A DNA stretch of 63,927 nt, the filler included, from Acidimicrobiia bacterium (lineage in GTDB: Bacteria > Actinomycetota > Acidimicrobiia > Spongiisociales > JAENVV01): the NCBI GenBank assembly GCA_041577335.1. It is 3 parts of 3 records of this genome, joined end to end, with 100 filler letters (N's around TTAATTAATTAA, not from the genome) between each part and the next. Parts side by side here need not be neighbours in the genome. Positions count along the whole stretch, not along the records: positions 1 to 29,116 come from JBFGJH010000041.1; 2 more parts are not named here. One strand, written 5' to 3'. The notes beneath the pieces are model-generated. The model had not been told where the DNA came from. It searched no databases and worked only from the letters and a program-made list of their open reading frames with translations. Numbering within the stretch: the first letter of the stretch is position 1; each line of letters starts with the position of its first letter. This document shows, piece after piece, positions 1-9,760 of the stretch. The translations under genes were made by a program, and so were the position numbers.

Positions 1-1
1 C

Positions 2-64
2 CGCCGGAGGAGCTTCCGTCGGCTGACTCCCGACGAGATCGCAGAGATCCTGGCCGCCGGCTGA
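2..64 (+). CDS. prcA: 3' end of probable proteasome alpha subunit (partial)
   Basis: Frame reads RRRSFRRLTPDEIAEILAAG*, resembling the actinobacterial PrcA C-terminus; directly upstream of pafA as in the usual Pup-proteasome locus. Confidence 0.65.
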   Translation, partial: RRRSFRRLTPDEIAEILAAG

Positions 65-105
65 GAACTCGCCCGGAAATGACAGGCCCGGGGTAGGCTG
101 CCGAA

Positions 106-1461
106 GTGGACCGACGAATATTCGGCATCGAAAACGAATACGGGGTGACCTGCACCTTGAGGGGGCAGCGGCGCCTGAGCCCCGACGAGGTAGCTCGATA
201 CCTATTCCGCCGGGTCGTCAGTTGGGGGCGTTCGTCCAACGTGTTTCTCGAAAACGGGGCACGCCTCTACCTCGACGTGGGGTCTCATCCCGAGTACGCC
301 ACACCTGAGTGCGATTCGCTGTACGAATTGGTGGCCCATGACAAAGCCGGCGAACGGGTGCTGGAAAGCCTCGTCAGCTCCGCTGAAGAGCGCCTGGCCG
401 AGGAAGGCATTCGCGGCGAGATCTTCCTCTTCAAGAACAACACCGACTCGGCGGGGAACTCGTACGGATGTCATGAGAACTACCTGGTCTCTCGCCACGG
501 CGACTTTCAGAAGATGGTTGACACCCTCATCCCGTTCCTGGTCACCCGCCAGATCTGGTCGGGTGCCGGCAAGCTTCTCCAGACCGCGCGAGGAACGGTC
601 TTTTCGATGGCTCAGCGAGCGGAGCACATCTGGGAGGGAGTGTCCTCGGCGACGACACGGAGCCGACCGATCATCAACACCCGTGACGAGCCCCATGCCG
701 ACGCCGAACGTTTTCGCCGCCTCCATGTCATCGCGGGTGATTCCAACATGTCGGAGTACATCAACTACGTCAAGGTGGGCGCAACGGCCGCGCTGCTGCA
801 AATGCTCGAGGATGAGGTCGGTTTCAGGGACGTCTCGCTCGAAAACCCCATTCGGGCGATCAGAGAGATCGCCCACGATGTGACGTGTCGGCGGAAAGTT
901 CGGCTCGCCAATGGCCGCGAGTTGTCTGCCCTCGACATCCAATGGGAGTATCTCGATCGGGCCATCCGCTACTCCCGGTCGCCCGGTTTCCCGCCGGAGG
1001 TGCAACGCGCAATCGAGATGTGGGAACACCTCCTGACGGGTCTCGAGAAAGACCCGTTGTCGCTCGAGCGTGAGGTCGACTGGGTCACCAAGTTTCACCT
1101 CGTCCAGCGATACAAAGAACGGTGGGACCTGCCCTTGTCCCATCCTCGCTTGGCGATGCTCGATTTGAGTTATCACGATGTCAGCCAGGCACGAGGCCTG
1201 TATTACATCCTGGCTCGTCGCGGGTACGTCGACCGGGTGGTCACCGACGGGGCCATTGCTCAAGCGATGATCGTGCCGCCCCAAACCACACGGGCCCGGC
1301 TCCGGGGGGAGTTCATCAAGGCGGCCAAGGCCCGGAAGAGAGACTTCACGGTCGACTGGGTCCACCTCAAACTGAACGATCAGGCTCAGCGAACGGTGCT
1401 TTGCAAAGACCCGTTCAAAGCCGTCGACGAACGAGTCGAAAAGCTCATCGCCGGGTTGTAG
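106..1461 (+). CDS. pafA: Pup--protein ligase
   Basis: [58 protein letters not shown] motifs; TAGGCT at 94-99 is 6 nt before the GTG. Confidence 0.97.
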   Translation: MDRRIFGIENEYGVTCTLRGQRRLSPDEVARYLFRRVVSWGRSSNVFLENGARLYLDVGSHPEYATPECDSLYELVAHDKAGERVLESLVSSAEERLAEEGIRGEIFLFKNNTDSAGNSYGCHENYLVSRHGDFQKMVDTLIPFLVTRQIWSGAGKLLQTARGTVFSMAQRAEHIWEGVSSATTRSRPIINTRDEPHADAERFRRLHVIAGDSNMSEYINYVKVGATAALLQMLEDEVGFRDVSLENPIRAIREIAHDVTCRRKVRLANGRELSALDIQWEYLDRAIRYSRSPGFPPEVQRAIEMWEHLLTGLEKDPLSLEREVDWVTKFHLVQRYKERWDLPLSHPRLAMLDLSYHDVSQARGLYYILARRGYVDRVVTDGAIAQAMIVPPQTTRARLRGEFIKAAKARKRDFTVDWVHLKLNDQAQRTVLCKDPFKAVDERVEKLIAGL

Positions 1462-1597
1462 GCCGATCGGATCAGGATCCGATCGGGTTTCTGGTCGTGC
1501 CGCCCTCCGACGGCTCTCATCCAGCGGTTGATGACGACGCGGTCGCCACCAACCGCCATTGAGGGGCAGGCGGAGCCTTTCCCCCTCAAACACCCCC
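1462..1597 (+). repeat. Dispersed multi-hairpin intergenic element, copy A
   Basis: Aligns by eye with reverse complement of 29237-29397; hairpin CCGATCGGAT-CAGG-ATCCGATCGG at 1463-1486 and GAGGGG..GGCGGAGCC..CCCCCTC at 1561-1587. Confidence 0.75.
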
Positions 1598-1778
1598 TCT
1601 GATTGCTCGACTACCCGTCGGCGATGGCCAGCTGGTCGGTCTCTCGTCAGCGACTTGGTTCATTGATGCTGTGGGCCCGAGGCGTGCTCATCAGGGCCGC
1701 CCTGGCGGCGGCGTCCCGTAGAAGGGTGAGTTCGCAATCCTTCTATAGGGGCCGAGGCTCGCTTACATTGGCTTCGCA

Positions 1779-2708
1779 ATGAAGAACGTCATCGAGCGCA
1801 TCATGAATCTCTTGGCGTTTCTGCTGACGGCGGGCAGACCGGTGACGGCCGAGGAGATCCGGGACACAGTGGCTGGATACGATCGCGACAACGACGAGGC
1901 CTTCCACCGCATGTTCGAGCGTGACAAGGATCTCCTTCGCAACATGGGGATCCCGCTCGAGCTCGTCTACACCGATGCGTGGGAAGTGGAGCAGGGTTAC
2001 CTCGTCGATCCAACCCAGTACGAGTTGCCCGATATCGAGCTCACCGATGAGGAGCGGGCCGCGTTGTGGCTGGCGAGCCAGGTTGTTCGGCTGGGTGGCG
2101 AGCCGACGGGGCATGGTGCCCTACTGAAACTGGGAGGCGCTCCGCTGTCGGGCGCCGGGGAGCCGCTGGCTGCCAATCTCGGCCTGGCCGCCGATGCTCT
2201 CGAGACCATCTTCTTGGCGATCTCGGAGCGGAGAGCTCTGACCTTCACCTATCGCGACCGGGATCGTCACGTCCATCCGTACGGCCTTCGCCACCAGCGC
2301 GGCCACTGGTACGTCGTGGGGCAACAGCAGCCGGGCGGCGAAGTCCGGGCCTATCGAGTGGATCGAGGGTCGGGATTCCGAGCAGGGGACGCCGGTGAGG
2401 TTTTCCAACGGCCGGCCGACTTCTCGATTCGAGATGCCTTGCCGTCGGCGCCTTGGGAGTCGGGCTCGGAAGATATCAAGGCCGTTGTGAGATTCGACGC
2501 TCCCGTTGCATGGTGGGCGCAACGACAACTTTCTGCCGGTGCCGTTATCGAGGAAGAGCCCGACGGCTCATTGGTCGCGGAGCTGTCGGTTGCCAATCCC
2601 GATGCCCTCATCGGATGGCTACTCACCTTTGCTCATCAGGCAGAGCTCTTGGCGCCGCCTGAGCTCCGCCAGCGTCTCATCGATACCGTGAGGACGGTGC
2701 CCGAATGA
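1779..2708 (+). CDS. pafB: WYL-domain transcriptional regulator PafB
   Basis: N-terminal ERIMNLL..RMFERDKDLLR HTH, WYVVG..RAYRVDR WYL motif; follows pafA. Confidence 0.93.
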   Translation: MKNVIERIMNLLAFLLTAGRPVTAEEIRDTVAGYDRDNDEAFHRMFERDKDLLRNMGIPLELVYTDAWEVEQGYLVDPTQYELPDIELTDEERAALWLASQVVRLGGEPTGHGALLKLGGAPLSGAGEPLAANLGLAADALETIFLAISERRALTFTYRDRDRHVHPYGLRHQRGHWYVVGQQQPGGEVRAYRVDRGSGFRAGDAGEVFQRPADFSIRDALPSAPWESGSEDIKAVVRFDAPVAWWAQRQLSAGAVIEEEPDGSLVAELSVANPDALIGWLLTFAHQAELLAPPELRQRLIDTVRTVPE

Positions 2709-3619
2709 GTCGAACCGCCGCCCGCCTCACTCGGATCCTCTCGATGATTCCCTATGTCATCGCCAATCCCGGGGTCACCGTCGATGAGGTCTGTGATCGA
2801 TTCGGCTACACGAGGAACCAGCTCCTTTCGGATCTCGATCTCGTGTTTGTCTGTGGCCTGCCGGGCTATGGACCCGGTGAGTTGATGGTGGCCTATGTGG
2901 AGGACGACGAGGTGGTGGTTGACATGGCCGAGTATTTCTCCAGGCCGCTCCGCCTCAACCCGGCCGAAGGGCTCGGGCTTCTCGCCGCCGGCATGGCTTT
3001 GGTGAGCGCCGGGCAGGCACCACCTGCGTTGGAACGGGCGGTCACGAAGCTTTCGGCGATCCTGCTTCCCGACACGCAAGATGCGTTGACAGTCGAGCTG
3101 GGTGCGGCGCCTCAGATCGTCGACCTGCTGAGACGGGCGGCCCGCGACGGGTCGGTGGTCGATCTCGTATACACATCGCTCGCTGCCGACGCCACGACGG
3201 TGCGTTCCGTGGAGCCCTGGACGGTTTTTTCGTCCATGGGGAACTGGTACCTGGGGGGATATTGCCGGCGCGCCGAGGACGAGCGCGTGTTCCGCGTCGA
3301 CCGAATCCGATCGGCTTCTGTGAGCGATGCGACGTTTGAGCCACCCCAGAGCCCGCCGGCACCCGAAGTTCGCTACACGCCATCGCCCGACGACGTGCAG
3401 GCCGACATCCGGTTGGGCCCCAATGCACGGTGGGTGGCCGATTACTACCCGGTGGAAGTTCTCGACGAAAACGGGTTGATCCGTTTCTCGGCATCCGATG
3501 CCAGTGTTATTGCGCGCCTGTTGCTGCGGCTCGGCTCCGATGCCGACGTGGTCGCAGGGACCGAAGTGTCGTCGGTTCTGGCCGCCATGCGGTCGGCCAT
3601 CATGGCTCGGTACAACTGA
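2705..3619 (+). CDS. pafC: WYL-domain transcriptional regulator PafC
   Basis: RLTRILSMIPY, CGLPGYGPGEL, WYLGGYC..RVFRVDRI; ATGA overlap with pafB. Confidence 0.93.
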   Translation: MSRTAARLTRILSMIPYVIANPGVTVDEVCDRFGYTRNQLLSDLDLVFVCGLPGYGPGELMVAYVEDDEVVVDMAEYFSRPLRLNPAEGLGLLAAGMALVSAGQAPPALERAVTKLSAILLPDTQDALTVELGAAPQIVDLLRRAARDGSVVDLVYTSLAADATTVRSVEPWTVFSSMGNWYLGGYCRRAEDERVFRVDRIRSASVSDATFEPPQSPPAPEVRYTPSPDDVQADIRLGPNARWVADYYPVEVLDENGLIRFSASDASVIARLLLRLGSDADVVAGTEVSSVLAAMRSAIMARYN

Positions 3620-3758
3620 GCCGCAGAGGCGGTTTCCTCAACCGCTCAGGACGCGCCGGAGCCTGTGGGGCGAAGGAACCATTCGGTGATTATCGCTACA
3701 GCTATCGGCACGTCTGGCCGATACATCTGGCAACGAACAGGTAGCGGAGAACCCCACG

Positions 3759-4049
3759 ATGACAACGATCAAGACCACGTGCGCTGCGTGCGGAGACGTA
3801 GAACTCGGACCCAAGGATTTGGCTCTCGAGCTCGACATCAACGGCGATAGCGGCACCTATCGATTCATGTGCCCGAGTTGCTTCACGATTCAGCGGCGAC
3901 CGGCCAACAGCAGAGTTGTGAATGTGTTGCTCGCCACCGGCGTCGAGTACGAAATCGTCGACACGTCACCAATCACCGAGCGGGAAATCCAGGAGTTCGC
4001 AGCCGCATTGCAAACTGAGCTCGATCCGGTCCGGCTACTCGCTTCATAG
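3759..4049 (+). CDS. Small hypothetical protein with two CxxC motifs (putative Zn-binding)
   Basis: CAAC and CPSC motifs, GGAG RBS upstream, strong hairpin downstream. Confidence 0.75.
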   Translation: MTTIKTTCAACGDVELGPKDLALELDINGDSGTYRFMCPSCFTIQRRPANSRVVNVLLATGVEYEIVDTSPITEREIQEFAAALQTELDPVRLLAS

Positions 4050-4074
4050 CCTCCCCAAGTCCCACGACCTCCTC

Positions 4075-4108
4075 CATCACCGCCCGTCTCCGACGGGCGG
4101 TGATGTTT
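4075..4108 (+). terminator. Intrinsic terminator-like hairpin
   Basis: Perfect 14-bp stem CATCACCGCCCGTC-TCC-GACGGGCGGTGATG followed by TTT. Confidence 0.75.
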
Positions 4109-4187
4109 GGCGGGTCTGTTTCCGCGGGGCCCCGCGTCCGAGCGAAGGCGAGCCGAAACCTGGCTGGGGCATCTACCATTGCGGGAG

Positions 4188-4580
4188 ATGAACGGATTCT
4201 TCGGCATCAATGGCGGCGAGATGATCATGCTGCTGGTGATCGCTCTCATTGTGCTCGGCCCACAACGCCTACCGCAGATCGCCCGCCGGGCCGGGGAGAT
4301 CAGCCGAGAAGTGCGAGCCATCGCACTCGATTTCCGCCAAGGGATCGAACGCGAGGTCGAGGCGATCGAAAAGCCGTTGAAAGAGGTGAAGGACGACGTG
4401 GCCGGTCCGTTGTCACAGATTCGCGACGATCTTCGGTCGGCGTCAGAAGATCTTCAGTCGGGTTTGGCCTGGGAGGGTCCCCGCACCCCCACCGGACCCC
4501 AGCCCGAAGATGCTGCCGCAGACCTGGACCGAATCGAAGCAGGTGAGGATCTGTTGGACGGCGACGAGGCGACCGAATGA
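4188..4580 (+). CDS. tatB: Twin-arginine translocase subunit TatB (TatA/B family)
   Basis: MNGFFGINGGE..ALIVLGPQRLP; start moved to ATG 4188; precedes tatC. Confidence 0.85.
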   Translation: MNGFFGINGGEMIMLLVIALIVLGPQRLPQIARRAGEISREVRAIALDFRQGIEREVEAIEKPLKEVKDDVAGPLSQIRDDLRSASEDLQSGLAWEGPRTPTGPQPEDAAADLDRIEAGEDLLDGDEATE

Positions 4581-5290
4581 TCTCGGACGACCAACGGGCG
4601 CCGATGCTGGTGCACCTGGAGGAGCTGCGCTGGCGGCTCGTCAAGGCGGCGGCGTCGCTGGTGCTCGGAGCGATCTTTGCCTACTTGTTTCGTGATCAGA
4701 TCTTCGAATGGATCAGCCGGCCTTATTACGAGGCGTTTCCTGAGTCCGAGCTCGTAACGATCCGACCCGCCGAGTCCTTCTCCGCGGCGATGCGATTGGC
4801 ACTGTTCGGGGGCTTTGTCCTGGCTTCGGTTCCGATCACCTGGCAGGCATGGGCATTCGTCTCACCGGGCCTCACCAAGAAGGAGCGCAAGTGGGTGATC
4901 CCGGTGGTCCTCACCAGTGTTTCGCTGTTCCTGATCGGCGTGGCGTTTGCCTACTACATCCTTCCCCGAGGGCTCACATTCCTGCAGGAGACCCTCGACG
5001 TGGGACAGGAGACCGCCGTGAGCGAGTATCTGAACTTCGCCCTGCGCTTCTTGCTGGTGTTCGGCATCAGCTTCGAGTTCCCCATCGTGTTGTTCATGGC
5101 GGGAGCACTCGGTCTCGTGAAATCCGAACAGCTCGCCAGAGGCAGGCGATGGGCGGTGCTCGTCATCGCTGTCGTCGGGGCGGCTGCGACGCCGACAGGC
5201 GATCCGTTCACGATGTTGTTTCTTTCGATCCCGCTCTACATGCTGTACGAGATCACGCTGCTGGCCATCAGATACATCCTGCGCAAGTGA
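4577..5290 (+). CDS. tatC: Twin-arginine translocase subunit TatC
   Basis: HLEELRWRL, FVSPGLTKKE, FEFP, TPTGDPFTM, LYEI motifs; multiple TM segments. Confidence 0.96.
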   Translation: MISDDQRAPMLVHLEELRWRLVKAAASLVLGAIFAYLFRDQIFEWISRPYYEAFPESELVTIRPAESFSAAMRLALFGGFVLASVPITWQAWAFVSPGLTKKERKWVIPVVLTSVSLFLIGVAFAYYILPRGLTFLQETLDVGQETAVSEYLNFALRFLLVFGISFEFPIVLFMAGALGLVKSEQLARGRRWAVLVIAVVGAAATPTGDPFTMLFLSIPLYMLYEITLLAIRYILRK

Positions 5291-7770
5291 CCGTGGCCGA
5301 CTATTTGGCAGCCCTGCCATACGAGCCGGATCGGTTTCAACGCGAGGCTGCTGCGCACATCGACAAAGGCGAAACGGTGGTGGTCAGCGCGCCGACCGGA
5401 GCGGGCAAGACGCTGATCGCCGAAGTGGCAGTCGCCCGGGCGCTCGATCGCGGCAACCGGGCGTTCTACACCACTCCGATCAAGGCGCTGTCCAACCAGA
5501 AGTACCAGGACTTCGTCTCTGAATACGGGAGCCGTCGGGTTGGATTGTTGACCGGAGACAATTCCATCAACGGCGAAGCCGACATCGTGGTGATGACGAC
5601 CGAAGTGTTGCGCAACATGATCTATGCGTCATCGGGGGCGTTGACCCGTCTCGAGACGGTCATTCTCGATGAGGTGCATTACCTGGCCGACCGATTCCGC
5701 GGGTCCGTGTGGGAAGAAATCATCATTCATGCGCCGGCGAAGATTCAGCTCGTTTGCCTCTCGGCCACGGTGGCGAATGCCGCCGAGTTCACCGAGTGGG
5801 TCCAGTTGCGGCGTGGTCCGACTGCGCTGATCGAGGAGACCCATCGTCCGGTGCCGCTCCATCCAATGTTCATGGTGACCGACCTGTGGAACGGGCCGAG
5901 GCGCCTCCTGTTCGACATGTTCGAAGATACTGCCAAAGGCCGGAGGGCCAATCGCGACGTCCTCAAGCTGCTGGCCGCCAAGACCGGCAGGCGCAAGCGA
6001 TTCGCGAAACCGCGGCGCGGCGACGTCGTGGAGCGGCTCCACCGCGAAGAGATGCTCCCCGCCATCTTCTTCATCTTCTCGCGGGCTGGGTGTGAGGCGG
6101 CGGCCCAGTCGGTGGCCGGATACGGAGGTTTGCAACTCACCACGGAGGAAGAGCGACGCGCCATCCGGCGAGTGGCGCAGGAACGCACGTCACACCTGCC
6201 TGATGGGGACCTGTCGGTGCTCGAGTACGGTCGGTGGCTCGCCAATTTGGAGAAGGGCATCGCTGCCCACCATGCCGGCCTGGTCCCGGCCTACAAGGAG
6301 GCCGTTGAGGAGTTGTTCGAGACTGGCCTCGTGAAAGTGGTGTTCGCCACAGAGACGCTGGCTCTAGGGATCAACATGCCGGCTCGGACGGTCGTGCTCG
6401 ACTCGCTCAGCAAATACGACGGCGAAGGTCACGTGCTGTTGGGTCCCTCCGACTACACCCAGCTCACCGGTCGGGCGGGCCGGCGCGGCATCGACCAAGT
6501 CGGCTACGGCCTGGCCCTCTATTCGCCCTGGACACGATTCGAGCGGATGGCGGAGATTGCTGCGGCCGGCGCATCCCGGCTCGAGTCCAGCTTCCGACCC
6601 ACCTACAACATGGCGGTCAATCTGATCGCCAACTACGGCCAGGAAGAAGCCGAGGATTTGCTGCGAGCATCGTTTGCCGAGTTCCAACGTTCGGCGCTTC
6701 GGCAGCGAGCCGAAACACAAGCCTTGGACTGGAAGGCCGAGCTCGATTCACTGCGCGCCCAAGCTACATGCGAGTTGGGGGACGTTTGGTCCTATGTCGA
6801 CGAGCTCGACCGCAGCGCCGGAGAAGCACTCGGGGAGTTGGCGCCAGGCGACGTCATCGAGGTCGCCGGCGGGCGGGCTCCGGCCCGATATCTGGTGCTG
6901 CAGTTGCGCCCCTCTTCCGATTCGCCCGTCTCGGTTCTCTCCCCGGCCGGCAAGATTCGCCAGTTCCGCACCGAAGAGCTCGCCTCGGCGTCCCACCTCG
7001 GTGCGATCAACCTGCCGAGCGGTTTCCGGCCCCGAGATCGGCGCTCCCAGCAGAAACTCGTACAGCGGCTGCGAACCTTTCATGCCGGGCCGTCGCCGGC
7101 GGCGCACAGTCATCCGGTCGCTGCGTGCCCTGAGGCAGCTGCGCACGAGCGCCTCGTCCGCAAGATCCGCCGCCGCGAGCGGAAGGGTGCTCCGGCTGCC
7201 GGCGGCACCGAGTTGGTCGCCGAATTTCGATCGGTCCTTGCGGTGTTGTCCACACGCGGATACACCGATGGTTGGGCCCTGCGGGCTCCCGGTGAGCGCC
7301 TCCGTTTCATCTACTCGGAGATGGATTTGTTGATCGCTGAATCGTTGCGGCAGGGGGTCTTGGCGGGGCTGTCCGGCGCGGACCTCGCGGCGGTGGTTTC
7401 AGGTTTTGTCTTTGAGGCCCGCGCCGACTGGGGCGGGCCGCCCCCACCAACGGCCGTACGCGAGGTGATCCTTGCGATCGAACAGATTTGGGAGGAGCTC
7501 GCCGTGGAGGAGACCGCCCAGCAGCTCACACCCATTCGGCATCCCGACTTTGGTTTCTCCGAGCTGGCCTTCCACTGGGCGCAGGGTTTCGAGCTCGACG
7601 AGATTCTCGCCGAGACTGCGATGGCGGCCGGCGACTTTGTTCGCGTGGCTCGTCAGCTCCTCGATGTGCTTCGCCAGCTCCGCGACGCCGAGCCGCTGGT
7701 CAAAGAGGCTGCCGCCGACGCCATGCGCCGGGTCGACCGGGGGGTCGTGGCGGCGGGGGGTGTTGCATGA
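5287..7770 (+). CDS. helY: Ski2-like DEAD/DEAH-box RNA helicase
   Basis: APTGAGKT, PIKALSNQK, DEVH, SAT, HHAG, QLTGRAGRRG, C-terminal GDFVR; GTG start overlaps tatC stop. Confidence 0.93.
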   Translation: MTVADYLAALPYEPDRFQREAAAHIDKGETVVVSAPTGAGKTLIAEVAVARALDRGNRAFYTTPIKALSNQKYQDFVSEYGSRRVGLLTGDNSINGEADIVVMTTEVLRNMIYASSGALTRLETVILDEVHYLADRFRGSVWEEIIIHAPAKIQLVCLSATVANAAEFTEWVQLRRGPTALIEETHRPVPLHPMFMVTDLWNGPRRLLFDMFEDTAKGRRANRDVLKLLAAKTGRRKRFAKPRRGDVVERLHREEMLPAIFFIFSRAGCEAAAQSVAGYGGLQLTTEEERRAIRRVAQERTSHLPDGDLSVLEYGRWLANLEKGIAAHHAGLVPAYKEAVEELFETGLVKVVFATETLALGINMPARTVVLDSLSKYDGEGHVLLGPSDYTQLTGRAGRRGIDQVGYGLALYSPWTRFERMAEIAAAGASRLESSFRPTYNMAVNLIANYGQEEAEDLLRASFAEFQRSALRQRAETQALDWKAELDSLRAQATCELGDVWSYVDELDRSAGEALGELAPGDVIEVAGGRAPARYLVLQLRPSSDSPVSVLSPAGKIRQFRTEELASASHLGAINLPSGFRPRDRRSQQKLVQRLRTFHAGPSPAAHSHPVAACPEAAAHERLVRKIRRRERKGAPAAGGTELVAEFRSVLAVLSTRGYTDGWALRAPGERLRFIYSEMDLLIAESLRQGVLAGLSGADLAAVVSGFVFEARADWGGPPPPTAVREVILAIEQIWEELAVEETAQQLTPIRHPDFGFSELAFHWAQGFELDEILAETAMAAGDFVRVARQLLDVLRQLRDAEPLVKEAAADAMRRVDRGVVAAGGVA

Positions 7771-8657
7771 CCGAGCACTGGGGAGTGATCGTGAACCCCC
7801 ATGCAGGCACACGAGGCGGCCTCCACGAGCGGACGCTCGATGCCCTGGCCGAGGTCGGGGTCTCTGCGTCGGTGGAAGCTTCGAGTAGTCCCGCCGAGAC
7901 GAGCCGATTTGTCGGCGGCTTCCTCGACGAGGGCATCCGGCATGTGGCCGTCGTCGGAGGGGACGGCACGCTGAACCTCGCCGTCGATGCGATCTATCAG
8001 GCAGACATCACCGACACCGTCACCATCTCGATCCTCCCGGCCGGCACCGGCTCCGACTTTGCACGCACCTTCGCGTTGCCGCAGACCGTCGAACTAGCCG
8101 TCGGTCATCTCCGCGGCGGCACCGATTATCCCGTCGACATCGGCGTCCTCGAAGGTGCGTGGGGCCGACGCGCCTTCGTCAACATCGCCGACGCCGGCCT
8201 GCCTGCCGCCACCGTTCTCACAGCCGAGCGACTGCCGCGGCGCCTCGGCCCGGCCAAGTATCAAGCGGCATTCTGGTTGACTCTGCCGAGGTTCCGTGCC
8301 GCCACGGTCCGCCTCGAGACACCAAAGCGGACTCACGAGGGCCGGGCGATCGCGGTTGTGTTTGCCAACGGCCAATTCTTCGGAGGCGGTTTGAATGTCG
8401 CTCCCCGGGCCGCAGCCATGGATGGTCTGTTCGACCTGCAGGTGATCGATGCACGGATTCGTGACGCTCCCGGGCTCTTCCCCAAGGTGAAACGAGGCAT
8501 GCACCTTCGTCACCCGGCCGTGCGTCGTCTGGTGGCTGCCAGCTTCGAATTCGAGACCGATCGGCCGTGGCCCGTCGAGGCGGATGGCGAGTTCATCGGG
8601 CACGGCCCGATCAGCGCACATATCGTGCAAGGCAAGGTCGCCGTTCGGCTGGCATAG
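7767..8657 (+). CDS. Diacylglycerol/lipid kinase family protein (YegS-like)
   Basis: IVNPHAG, GGDGT, LPAGTGSDF, NGQFFGGG, EADGE motifs. Confidence 0.9.
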   Translation: MTEHWGVIVNPHAGTRGGLHERTLDALAEVGVSASVEASSSPAETSRFVGGFLDEGIRHVAVVGGDGTLNLAVDAIYQADITDTVTISILPAGTGSDFARTFALPQTVELAVGHLRGGTDYPVDIGVLEGAWGRRAFVNIADAGLPAATVLTAERLPRRLGPAKYQAAFWLTLPRFRAATVRLETPKRTHEGRAIAVVFANGQFFGGGLNVAPRAAAMDGLFDLQVIDARIRDAPGLFPKVKRGMHLRHPAVRRLVAASFEFETDRPWPVEADGEFIGHGPISAHIVQGKVAVRLA

Positions 8658-8799
8658 CCGCCGATCCACCAGCATTCGGCGCTCTGGAAAAGAAACCGGT
8701 TGAGACGCGGCGATTGCCGTGTATTTTAGGAACCGGCCAAGAGCACGGAGTATCTGCGAATAGGTGCCTATACTCCCGGCCCCGAATGGAGATTTGGTG

Positions 8800-9222
8800 A
8801 TGGTCAACACTCCGGTTGACGAAGAAACTGATGCTGAAGAACTCGAGGATGTCGACGAGGACCTCGAACTCGACGATGAAGACCTCGACGACGCACTCGT
8901 AGACGACGACGTCGACGTCGTCCTGGACGAGGACGACGCCGACGGAGAAGTCGACGCCGAAGACGACGGCGAAGAGGAAACCGAAGCCCTCGAAGAGCTG
9001 GAGGCCGAGGAGCTCGAGCTTCTCGAAGAGGAGGCAGCGACTGAGCTTCTCGTCGATGAAGCTGCAGAGCTCAGAGCAATTCGCCGGGAGGAGCTGGCTC
9101 TGAGCAAAGGGCCCGAGGAGCGTCGCCCCGACGAATTCGTATGCAGCTCGTGCTTCATGGTGAAACGCACCTCCCAGCTGGCGAACAAGCGGAAGAAGCT
9201 CTGCAGCGATTGCGCCGCCTAG
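8800..9222 (+). CDS. Acidic DUF4193-like protein with C-terminal Cys cluster
   Basis: Long D/E-rich tract then DEFVCSSCFMVKRTSQLA..CSDC; GGAG RBS and TATACT upstream. Confidence 0.75.
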   Translation: MVNTPVDEETDAEELEDVDEDLELDDEDLDDALVDDDVDVVLDEDDADGEVDAEDDGEEETEALEELEAEELELLEEEAATELLVDEAAELRAIRREELALSKGPEERRPDEFVCSSCFMVKRTSQLANKRKKLCSDCAA

Positions 9223-9292
9223 GCGCACGGTCGGGGGTTCCCACCCCGCCCGGCGGTAGGCTCCGCCAAGATCGGTTGCCGAAGGGAGTCCA

Positions 9293-9760
9293 GTGATCGT
9301 TGCGGCGCGTCCGGCCGTGCCGGATGACATCGATGAGCTCGTGCGCATGTACCACCTGCTCGAAGCGGAGATGGTGGACCTCCATCGCATGTGGCCCCGC
9401 GCTGACGGGTTGCCGCTCCCAGTTCGCCAGTCGCTGATAGAGGCGATCGCCGATCCCCGCGCGCATATGGTGGTGGGAACCATCGACGCAATTCCGTTTG
9501 GGCTCTTGCTGGCCCGCGAGGAACAGACGCTCGATGGCGAGACCATCGGCTCGATCCATTTGGTGTTCACCGAATTCGACGCCCGAGGGGTTGGCGTTGG
9601 CGAGGCCATGCGTGATCTGGCTCTGGTCGCGCTCCGCCAGAAGGGAATCGTCCGGTTCGACGCCCACGTTCTGCCCGGCCATCGCCTGGCCAAGAACTTC
9701 TTCGAAGCAGGAGGTTTCTCAGCGCGGACCATTGTGATGCACCACGATGACGAACGCTGA
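9293..9760 (+). CDS. GNAT family N-acetyltransferase
   Basis: ARGVGVG acetyl-CoA-binding motif and AKNFFEAGGF C-terminal motif. Confidence 0.8.
   Translation: MIVAARPAVPDDIDELVRMYHLLEAEMVDLHRMWPRADGLPLPVRQSLIEAIADPRAHMVVGTIDAIPFGLLLAREEQTLDGETIGSIHLVFTEFDARGVGVGEAMRDLALVALRQKGIVRFDAHVLPGHRLAKNFFEAGGFSARTIVMHHDDER

Noticed and set aside
4849..5286. Long N-terminal extensions in the ORF track for helY (also recN, nadK, cvpA, nfeD, slipin)
   Set aside because: Extensions overlap upstream genes in another frame; family motifs begin at downstream starts that are mostly coupled to the previous stop
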